Part shown: positions 8,002 to 15,391 of the stretch, one piece after another | Layout: each line of letters begins with the position of its first letter | Numbering within the stretch: position 1 is the first letter of the stretch | Assembly: GCA_947165975.1 (NCBI GenBank) | Contig: CAMVCL010000002.1 | Location: forward strand, 4,987 to 68,986 | Source: an uncultured Candidatus Saccharibacteria bacterium | GTDB lineage: Bacteria; Patescibacteriota; Saccharimonadia; Saccharimonadales; Saccharimonadaceae | DNA length: 64,000 bases | Direction of reading: 5' to 3' | Translations under genes and position numbers: made by a program | The notes under the pieces: generated by a model | Told to the model about the DNA's origin: nothing | Seen by the model: the letters and a program-made list of their open reading frames with translations, nothing else | Databases searched by the model: none

Positions 8002-10371
8002 ATGAAACGACTCGTGCTTATAGATGGAAAATCGGTGTTTTACCGGGGCTATTATGCTATGGGTGCGCTCAGCCTTTCCGATGGCACACCTACGGGTGGA
8101 GTATATGGCTTTGCTGCCATTGCCATGGAAATCGTCAAAAAACTTGACCCCACCAAAGTCGTAGTGGCCTGGGATTCTAAAACCTCCGTCAGCAAACGTC
8201 GCGCCATCTATCGAGATTATAAAGCCGGGCGTATCAAGCCAGGAGATGATTTCTATACTCAAATCCCATTATTAGAAGAGCTAATCCACGATCTGGGTTG
8301 GAATTTTGTAGAAATCGATGAATATGAAGCTGATGATATTATTGGCACATTGAGCCGTGAAGCTGACGAAATTGGCGATTGGGAAACATATATTATTTCA
8401 TCCGACCTCGACATGCTTCAGATCGTCGATGAAAACACTCATATGTGGCGTATTCTAAAAGGTTTTACTAATATAGAAAAAATCAATGTTCCTGAGGTTG
8501 AGGATAAGTACGGCATCAAAAAATCACAATTTTTAGATCTGAAAGCCTTAAAAGGTGATTCGTCGGATAATATCCCTGGGGTACCTGGTATTGGCGAAAA
8601 AACCGCTGCCAAACTATTAAACGAATACGATTCTCTTGATGGTATATACGACAATATAGATAACATATCTGGCTCAATTAAGATTAAGCTTGAATCTGGC
8701 AAAGAATCTGCCTATATGTCCAAGCAATTAGCTCAGATAATGTTTGATGCGCCCGTTGATTTAAACTCTCTGATTGATTTTAAATTCGATAAACCCCAAG
8801 TGATTAGTGGGCTAAAAAAACTCGAATTTAATTCTCTCATCCGTAAAATTGAAAAATTTGACAATAATAATTCAGCGACTAATATAGAGAAATATCCACC
8901 AATAGTCGAGAGTACAACAAAAATCGATCCTAAAATTAATCCCCCTGCCAGCGACTTGATTATTGATTGGAATATCAAATCATTAATGCATAATGATATT
9001 GACGTCGCTAAAGACATCATAGATAATCACAAACCATTCTGGGACTTATCACAGGCGGCCTTTCTATTGAATCCGTTGTCTAGGGAAGAGCCGCAATTAA
9101 TTGCGTCAGAGGAAGTTTATCGGTCTCAACTTTCCCAATTTAATGAATATCCTAAACTGTATGATATATATACTCAATTTGACTTACCTCTAATCCCTAT
9201 TCTTTATAAAATGGAAAAAAGAGGAATGTTGATTGATAGGGATTATTTTATCAAACTTAGAACCGAATATGAAAAAAATGCTCAAAGTCTTGAACAAAAG
9301 ATTTATGAACTTGCCGGCACCGAATTTAATGTTAATTCGCCCATTCAACTTTCAGAAGTACTTTTTACCAAGCTACAACTGCCCACCAAAGGGATCAAGA
9401 AGACTACTCGCGGTTATTCAACTGGCGCAAAAGAACTAGAGAAGCTAAAAGAGTGCCACCCTGTTATTTCAGTTATCACCGAGTATCGCGAAGTAGCTAA
9501 ATTACTCAACACCTATATTACCCCAATACCAAATCTTACTGATCAAGATAGCCGTATCCATACTACTTTTACTCAGAACGTTACTGCAACAGGCCGTCTT
9601 AGCTCCAAAGACCCAAATTTGCAAAATATTCCAGTCCGGACGAATGAAGGCAAACGTATCCGTACTGGTTTTATTGCCCCAGCAGGAAAGATTCTAGTAT
9701 CAGCTGATTATTCTCAATTTGAATTGCGTCTTGCTGCCGTATTGTCAGGCGACCAGCCACTTATTGATGATTTTAATCAAGGAATTGATATTCATACTAA
9801 AACCGCTTCTGAAGCTTTCGGGATACCTATGTCGGAAGTCACCAAAGACCAACGCCGCGCCGCCAAAGTAATCAATTTCGGTATCTTATATGGCATGAGC
9901 GTCAAAGGTCTCTCTGATGCCGCTAAAATGCCTTTTTATGAAGCCAAACAATTTATTGAAAATTATTTTACTTTACGTGCCCCCATAAAAAAGAAGCTAG
10001 AAGAAATTTTGAAACAAGCTCGTGAAGAGGGCTACGTTGAGACTTTCTATGGTCGTCGCCGTCCTACTCCCGATGTAAAATCTTCTAATTTTGTCATTCG
10101 TCAGGCTGCTGAACGTGCTGCCGAAAATATGCCGATTCAGGGCACCGAAGCTGATTTAATGAAGCGCGCGATGATCAAAGTTGACGCCAAACTCCCGAAA
10201 GGCGCCAACCTTGTTATGCAGGTACATGATTCCTTGATTGTAGAGTGTGAAGAATCCCAAGCTGACGAAGTCTCCAAAATATTAAAACAAGAAATGGAAT
10301 CAGTTGCCCCTGAGCTCCAGATTAAGCTTGCAGTCGACGTTACTACTGGTAAAAACTGGGGAGAACTCTAA
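8002..10371 (+). CDS. polA: DNA polymerase I
   Basis: 5'-nuclease domain (GGVYGF, GDSSDNIPGVPGIGEKTA). Pol motifs A DYSQFELRLAA, B RRAAKVINFGILYG, C QVHDSLIVE. 789 aa with a short middle (proofreading) region. Confidence 0.93.
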   Translation: MKRLVLIDGKSVFYRGYYAMGALSLSDGTPTGGVYGFAAIAMEIVKKLDPTKVVVAWDSKTSVSKRRAIYRDYKAGRIKPGDDFYTQIPLLEELIHDLGWNFVEIDEYEADDIIGTLSREADEIGDWETYIISSDLDMLQIVDENTHMWRILKGFTNIEKINVPEVEDKYGIKKSQFLDLKALKGDSSDNIPGVPGIGEKTAAKLLNEYDSLDGIYDNIDNISGSIKIKLESGKESAYMSKQLAQIMFDAPVDLNSLIDFKFDKPQVISGLKKLEFNSLIRKIEKFDNNNSATNIEKYPPIVESTTKIDPKINPPASDLIIDWNIKSLMHNDIDVAKDIIDNHKPFWDLSQAAFLLNPLSREEPQLIASEEVYRSQLSQFNEYPKLYDIYTQFDLPLIPILYKMEKRGMLIDRDYFIKLRTEYEKNAQSLEQKIYELAGTEFNVNSPIQLSEVLFTKLQLPTKGIKKTTRGYSTGAKELEKLKECHPVISVITEYREVAKLLNTYITPIPNLTDQDSRIHTTFTQNVTATGRLSSKDPNLQNIPVRTNEGKRIRTGFIAPAGKILVSADYSQFELRLAAVLSGDQPLIDDFNQGIDIHTKTASEAFGIPMSEVTKDQRRAAKVINFGILYGMSVKGLSDAAKMPFYEAKQFIENYFTLRAPIKKKLEEILKQAREEGYVETFYGRRRPTPDVKSSNFVIRQAAERAAENMPIQGTEADLMKRAMIKVDAKLPKGANLVMQVHDSLIVECEESQADEVSKILKQEMESVAPELQIKLAVDVTTGKNWGEL

Positions 10372-10451
10372 TTTAAGAGAATTTAAACGTAGGGGGTTGC
10401 ATTCGTTTTTGACATGTGCCTATAATAGCGCAACCTAAGATAGGAGACACT

Positions 10452-12206
10452 ATGTTAACCAAAAAACATCGTGTCATACATGTCAAAACACTCGCTAAAA
10501 AATACACGATTCCAATTAGAATAATGGCCTTAACATTGATCGTGCTATCAGGCGCTCTTAATATTTCGGCAAGAGAAGTCGCTGCAACTGGCTGCCCCGA
10601 TTTAAAAGTAATCTTTATTCGTGGTTCTGGTGGCAAACGCTACACTAGCAAAGATTATCTAACCTTTAAGCGCGCGATGGAACAAAAACTCAACACTAGC
10701 TCGCTTCAATACATTATAGATGATCTAGACTACCCTGCTGCTAGTATTGATATCAGTGAAGGACACTTGGATACTTTTATAGGTGCCTACATTGGAGGTG
10801 GAGAAGCTTATAAATTTGGCGATAGTGTTCACGCGGGCACTAAATCACTCATAAAAGCCATTAATGACAACAAATGCAAAGATACTAAATATGTTATAGC
10901 TGGTTATTCTCAAGGCACAATTGTGCTATTAGATGCACTCAACAGTATCAGTGCCAATAAGATCATTTTTGCTGCCACATTCGGCGATCCCAAGATATAT
11001 CTTCCCGAAGGTGCTGGTCTTGTTCCTAAAGCTTGTAGTGGCAAAAATTTATCTTCATATCGTATCCATGTTCCAGACTGCCGTGCCTACAAAGGTATGC
11101 TTGGAGCTAAAAGACCATACATTCCATCTAGTTATCAATATAAATATGGTACCTGGTGTAATAAAAAAGATATTCTTTGTAGTTCACGGTTTAGTATTAG
11201 CGACCACACGGCTTATGTAGAAGACGGCCTTTATGAGGATGCTTCGCGGTTTATTTTTGCTAAAGTCGCCAAAGCCTTTAACTTCAAAAATGAATATACT
11301 TCACCTCATGATACCGCTATCATTATTAATTCGACTTCATCAATTCCAAATAAGATCCCGCAGTTTAAAGTTGCGGTCTACGATCTGGCCAGTAGGACTT
11401 TTGAAGCGGGCGGTCGTGTTGCTCTTTACGACTATCATGGCAGTGCTAACTCTTTTACGCCCACAAAAAGATGCGACTTCTCATCTTGCACCCTAGCGGA
11501 CATCAAAGTTCACCTAGACGATATAGAAAATGATCTGGGCCCACAGTCCAACAATGCATTACTCTCTAACTCTTTTCAGGTCATGAGGCAACTCAATTGG
11601 AGGTTTGGTTCAACTAAATCGCTAGCGATCTTTACGGATGCGAACTACGACTCATCAGGCCTCGGCGGTGTTAAGTTTTATGATGTTCAAAAGCTCAGTA
11701 AGCAAATCGATCCTGTCAATTTCTATATTATGACTAATCCTGAAAATGTTGAAAATTATCAGTCGCTCGCTAAAGCTACGGATGGCCAGGTTTTTTCTTC
11801 CGAGAATGACTCGTCAATATTTGTGGATGCCATCATGTCTCGTTACGATAGTCTACCGCGAGTAGAGGAAGAATTTCCTGATGAAAGTTATGACCATAAT
11901 TATCCATCTTTACGAATTGATCAAATAGACAGGGAATCGAACACTTCCGCAAAAGTTTTTTTCACTTCAACTGGCAGCAAGACCATTGTCATTTTAAATG
12001 ACACGATTCTTGGTGTTACGAATTTAAATCATCTTACTCTCACAGATTTAAGAAATGACCATGAGAACACCCTCACTTTAGTGCCAATCTTGAACGATTA
12101 TCGCGGAGAACCCGTCTCAACCAAATTAAATTCCAAAGAAAACGAAATCGAGCCTTTTTCATTAAAAGGATTTATGCCTAAAGCACCCAATACTGGTAGG
12201 CAATAA
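10452..12206 (+). CDS. secreted cutinase-family serine esterase with a long C-terminal extension
   Basis: GCPDLKVIFIRGSGG, nucleophile elbow IAGYSQGT, FGDPK and SDHTAY are in cutinase order. An N-terminal signal/TM is present. AGGAGA SD precedes the ATG at 10452; the ORF track starts at 10416. Confidence 0.65.
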   Translation: MLTKKHRVIHVKTLAKKYTIPIRIMALTLIVLSGALNISAREVAATGCPDLKVIFIRGSGGKRYTSKDYLTFKRAMEQKLNTSSLQYIIDDLDYPAASIDISEGHLDTFIGAYIGGGEAYKFGDSVHAGTKSLIKAINDNKCKDTKYVIAGYSQGTIVLLDALNSISANKIIFAATFGDPKIYLPEGAGLVPKACSGKNLSSYRIHVPDCRAYKGMLGAKRPYIPSSYQYKYGTWCNKKDILCSSRFSISDHTAYVEDGLYEDASRFIFAKVAKAFNFKNEYTSPHDTAIIINSTSSIPNKIPQFKVAVYDLASRTFEAGGRVALYDYHGSANSFTPTKRCDFSSCTLADIKVHLDDIENDLGPQSNNALLSNSFQVMRQLNWRFGSTKSLAIFTDANYDSSGLGGVKFYDVQKLSKQIDPVNFYIMTNPENVENYQSLAKATDGQVFSSENDSSIFVDAIMSRYDSLPRVEEEFPDESYDHNYPSLRIDQIDRESNTSAKVFFTSTGSKTIVILNDTILGVTNLNHLTLTDLRNDHENTLTLVPILNDYRGEPVSTKLNSKENEIEPFSLKGFMPKAPNTGRQ

Positions 12207-12209
12207 AAA

Positions 12210-12228
12210 GGAGCCCCCTCGGGGCTCC
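12210..12228. terminator. GC hairpin between convergent genes (ggagcccc-ctc-ggggctcc)
   Basis: 8-bp GC stem. The A5 run on + gives a T-tail for the minus-strand gene. Confidence 0.7.
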
Positions 12229-12240
12229 TCCATTCAGATC

Positions 12241-12681
12241 TTAATTTGTTGCATAGGCAATATTATGTTCCATCGCCTGAGTTTCCAATGCGACTAGACG
12301 TTCTGCGTCATTGATTGCTGAGTTAACGCAATGCTTTACGCGCGCCTTTTCTTCGGCTTTTTTAGCATCGTTCCAGCGATCCAAAGTACCAACTAGATAT
12401 CCAGTAATGCGACGTAATCTCTCAAACTTACCCTCTTCAAACCACATCGAATGTTCGTCGAAATATTCCTTCATTGCTGCTTCGCCAGCTTTTTCACCAA
12501 TCAATTTCATACCAGTTTCAACCAAACAAGAAACATGCATATTTTCGTATTGCTCAAATTTTGCCAAAGCATCTTTCACTTCTTTTTCTGAAACCTTTGC
12601 GTAACGTGAGATCGACTTCACAAATCTTTTTATGTCGAAATTTTCAACTTCATTTGGGTTTCTATAAATAATTTTCTTCAT
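12241..12681 (-). CDS. stand-alone NrdD-type glycyl-radical domain protein (146 aa)
   Basis: C-terminal KFERLRRITGYLVGTLDRWNDAKKAEEKARVKH is colinear with the class III RNR glycyl-radical signature (E. coli ...RRVCGYLGSPDARPFNAGKQEEVKRRVKH, from memory). No barrel domain. The N-terminus is loosely ATP-cone-like. Confidence 0.75.
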   Translation of the reverse strand: MKKIIYRNPNEVENFDIKRFVKSISRYAKVSEKEVKDALAKFEQYENMHVSCLVETGMKLIGEKAGEAAMKEYFDEHSMWFEEGKFERLRRITGYLVGTLDRWNDAKKAEEKARVKHCVNSAINDAERLVALETQAMEHNIAYATN

Positions 12682-12748
12682 GGTTTTTCCTTTCTAAGGG
12701 CTTCCTTTCAAGCGCCCACCATTTATTTATAAGCATTACCTACAATTC

Positions 12749-12776
12749 ATTATACCCCACATATAGCGTCTGTCAA
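12749..12776 (-). promoter_or_regulatory. sigma-70 promoter of the glycyl-radical gene (TTGACA-16-TATAAT on the minus strand)
   Basis: + strand tgtcaa at 12771-12776 and attata at 12749-12754. The spacer is filled by an NrdR-like box. Confidence 0.65.
12754..12769. promoter_or_regulatory. NrdR-box-like palindrome 1 (accccacatatagcgt)
   Basis: 12/16 match to the remembered NrdR box consensus acaCwAtATaTwGtgt. It lies in the promoter spacer. Confidence 0.5.
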
Positions 12777-12786
12777 TACATTTTTC

Positions 12787-12802
12787 ACACTAAATGTGGT
12801 GT
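12787..12802. promoter_or_regulatory. NrdR-box-like palindrome 2 (acactaaatgtggtgt)
   Basis: 14/16 identical to the box at 44902..44917 upstream of nrdD. It is 33 bp centre-to-centre from box 1. Confidence 0.55.
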
Positions 12803-12846
12803 TTTTCCACAATTTGGCCATTTCGTGATAAAATTAAGAAGATAAA

Positions 12847-13485
12847 ATGCCAAGTTGGAATATTCATTTAGAGGCGGGAGAGCGCCTTGCGAAAAAAATC
12901 AAGTTTTCCGGAGCCGAGCGGAAAGAATTTTTGTTAGGATGCTTACTGCCCGACATCAATAATGGCTATATTAATAAAGTTAAAATTAAAAAACAGCATA
13001 AAGAAACCCACTATGCCTATAATCAAAAGAGTTCTTTAAATTTTTATGCCGAGAACCGCCAAAAGATATTAGAAAAAGACCCCATCTATCTTGGATACCT
13101 TTTTCATTTATATACTGACGGCTTCTTTAATTATGATTTTTATCGCACCATTAAACGCCATAAACTTGGCGAAGGATTAAATCATGACGAAAAAAGAAAA
13201 ATAAAACACAATGATTTCTATATTTATGACACTAATTTCCATCATAATCTAGGCATCAAATCAGAAGATTTGCCCGTTCTGGCCAAGCGTGCAAACCAAA
13301 TTAGTGTCGCCGAAATCACTCCTGATGATATTCAAGAGATCGAAAATATCCTAGTTGGAGACCAATTAAATGCCTCATCAAAAGGAAAAAAATATCTATT
13401 TTACACCAAAAAACGCTTAGACGAATTAATGGAAGATATGATAGATAGTTTCATGAACGATTACATTAGGAGAAACCATGCCTGA
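12847..13485 (+). CDS. hypothetical protein, possibly zinc-dependent phospholipase C-like / metal hydrolase fold
   Basis: 212-aa ORF. N-terminal MPSWNIHLEAGERL and His-rich spacing weakly resemble the Zn-PLC family. Confidence 0.3.
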   Translation: MPSWNIHLEAGERLAKKIKFSGAERKEFLLGCLLPDINNGYINKVKIKKQHKETHYAYNQKSSLNFYAENRQKILEKDPIYLGYLFHLYTDGFFNYDFYRTIKRHKLGEGLNHDEKRKIKHNDFYIYDTNFHHNLGIKSEDLPVLAKRANQISVAEITPDDIQEIENILVGDQLNASSKGKKYLFYTKKRLDELMEDMIDSFMNDYIRRNHA

Positions 13486-14386
13486 ACTACCAGAAGTGGA
13501 GACCATTCGTCGCGGACTTAGTAAGTTTATTATTAATCATAAATTACAAGACACCGAAGTATTATGTGACAAATCCTTCATTGGCCAACCAGTCACAGGT
13601 AAAGTCAAATCAATTCGTCGTTTTGGCAAAGCATTAATTATCGATCTAGATAATAGTCAATCACTGATGATTCATCTGCGTATGACTGGCCAATTAATCT
13701 ATGATGACCGCAATAATACTAGTGAACGATATGCTGCTGGCCACCCCAGTGACAATTTTACTGCCGATTTACCGAATAAACAGACCAGAGTCATCTTAAA
13801 ATTAGACACCGGTACGCTCTATTTTAACGACCAACGCAAGTTTGGCTTTATTAAAGTGATAGCAACGAATGATGTTTCAAAAGATGCCTTTATTAAAAAG
13901 CTTGCTAAAGAACCCTGGGATATGTTACCAGACGAATTCTACGCAAAACTTCAAAAACACCCCAATTCCTGTATTAAAGCGACCATTTTGGACCAGACTA
14001 TCATTTGTGGATTAGGTAATATTTATGCAGACGAAGCACTTTTTGCTTCGCATATTCATCCAGAACGCAAATGTAGCTCCATTACAAAAGATGAATCAAC
14101 CAAACTTCTCGAATCGGCCAAGGAAGTTATGGATAAATCTATCGCTTCGGGTGGCTCGACCATGGCGACCTATGTTAAAGCAGACGGCACCAAAGGTGAT
14201 TATCTAGAAAAATTTGCCCAGGTTTTTCGTCGTGAGGGTCTAGACTGCCCGAATTGTCATACCAAGATTATCAAAATCAAAGTTGCCGGCCGAGGTACAC
14301 ATATTTGTCCACAATGTCAATTATTGGCTCCATCAAAGCCCCAAAGGAGCGCGTATCATCTTTCCGAAAGGAGCTCGAAAAAATGA
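13478..14386 (+). CDS. mutM: formamidopyrimidine-DNA glycosylase
   Basis: N-terminal MPELPEVETIRRGL. C-terminal zinc finger CPNC...CPQC is intact. Confidence 0.92.
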   Translation: MPELPEVETIRRGLSKFIINHKLQDTEVLCDKSFIGQPVTGKVKSIRRFGKALIIDLDNSQSLMIHLRMTGQLIYDDRNNTSERYAAGHPSDNFTADLPNKQTRVILKLDTGTLYFNDQRKFGFIKVIATNDVSKDAFIKKLAKEPWDMLPDEFYAKLQKHPNSCIKATILDQTIICGLGNIYADEALFASHIHPERKCSSITKDESTKLLESAKEVMDKSIASGGSTMATYVKADGTKGDYLEKFAQVFRREGLDCPNCHTKIIKIKVAGRGTHICPQCQLLAPSKPQRSAYHLSERSSKK

Positions 14387-14988
14387 TTAAGATTTTCACC
14401 GGCGATGATCGTCTTCGTGCTAACCAAACAATCACTAGATTGCTTGGCCAAAACTATGAGATTATAGAAGGGGGCGATTTAACCCCCAACGATTTACCAA
14501 GTATCTTTCAGGGCTCATCTCTCTTTGATAAAACTAGAAACATCCTTATTCGCGACCTTAGTGTTAATCAAGCAACCTTCGAAAAACTCCCGGACTATCT
14601 CAACACTCCGCACAATGTCATTATCCTGGAATTAAAGCTTGATAAACGCTCCGCAACTTACAAAAATTTGAAAGATCAAATTGAGATTATCGATTTTTCT
14701 TTACCCAAAGATCCTAATCTTAAGTTGGTGTTCGATATCTACAAAATCGCCAAAACTGATGGGCAGCGTGCAGTCAAAATGCTTTCCAAGATTCAGGCCA
14801 GTGAAGAACCTATCAGATTTTGTGGACTTTTAATTTCACAGGCACTCAAAGACTATAAGAATCACCAGGGAATCAAAGAAAAGAGAGTCCTACATGAACT
14901 CTCTAAGCTCGATTTAGATCTCAAATCTACTTCTTTTCAGCCTTGGCTTTTGGTGCAGTCTTTTTTGCTGAAGCTTCCTTCGTTGTAG
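14383..14988 (+). CDS. holA: DNA polymerase III delta subunit (HolA)-like, short form
   Basis: ATGA overlap with the mutM stop, and SD AAAGGAG at 14367. Sequence reads MIKIFTGDDRL...LPSIFQGSSLFDKTRNILIRDL. The position next to rpsT is the usual holA neighbourhood. The ORF track starts at 14254. Confidence 0.45.
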   Translation: MIKIFTGDDRLRANQTITRLLGQNYEIIEGGDLTPNDLPSIFQGSSLFDKTRNILIRDLSVNQATFEKLPDYLNTPHNVIILELKLDKRSATYKNLKDQIEIIDFSLPKDPNLKLVFDIYKIAKTDGQRAVKMLSKIQASEEPIRFCGLLISQALKDYKNHQGIKEKRVLHELSKLDLDLKSTSFQPWLLVQSFLLKLPSL

Positions 14989-15262
14989 CGGCCTTTTTAG
15001 CAGTCTTGGCAGTCAATTTAATACCAGCAGCCTTTGCCATCTCGTGAAGTTTGGACTTACGACGAGCAGCTGTATTTTTCTTAATTAAATCCTTCTTAGC
15101 GGCTTTGTCATACTCTGATTGAGCTTTTGCCAAAGTTTCAGCCGAAGGGTTCAAACGAAAAGCCTTCAAAGCAGTCTTGATATCTTTCTTAATTTGTACA
15201 TTGTGCTCGGTGCGTTTTTCAGCCTGACGAGCAGCCTTTTTGGCAGATTTAATAATCGGCAT
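14927..15262 (-). CDS. rpsT: 30S ribosomal protein S20 with Lys/Ala-rich C-terminal tail
   Basis: MPIIKSAKKAARQAEKRTEHNVQIKKDIKTALK is the S20 N-terminus. Confidence 0.9.
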   Translation of the reverse strand: MPIIKSAKKAARQAEKRTEHNVQIKKDIKTALKAFRLNPSAETLAKAQSEYDKAAKKDLIKKNTAARRKSKLHEMAKAAGIKLTAKTAKKAATTKEASAKKTAPKAKAEKK

Positions 15263-15391
15263 CTAACTTCCTATTTGAATTAAAAATTAATGACTTTGGT
15301 ACATTATACCGCACTTCCCCTAAAAAGTAAAGGGTAAAGAATCTTGCGGTTTTTTTAAGCTTATGGTAATATAAAAAAAGAAAGGTAAAAT

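Noticed and set aside
12180-12206. C-terminal ...PKAPNTGRQ* of the cutinase-like protein as a sortase (LPXTG) sorting signal.
   Set aside because: No hydrophobic helix or basic tail follows. The stop codon is followed directly by a terminator hairpin. I mention it only as a possible relic.
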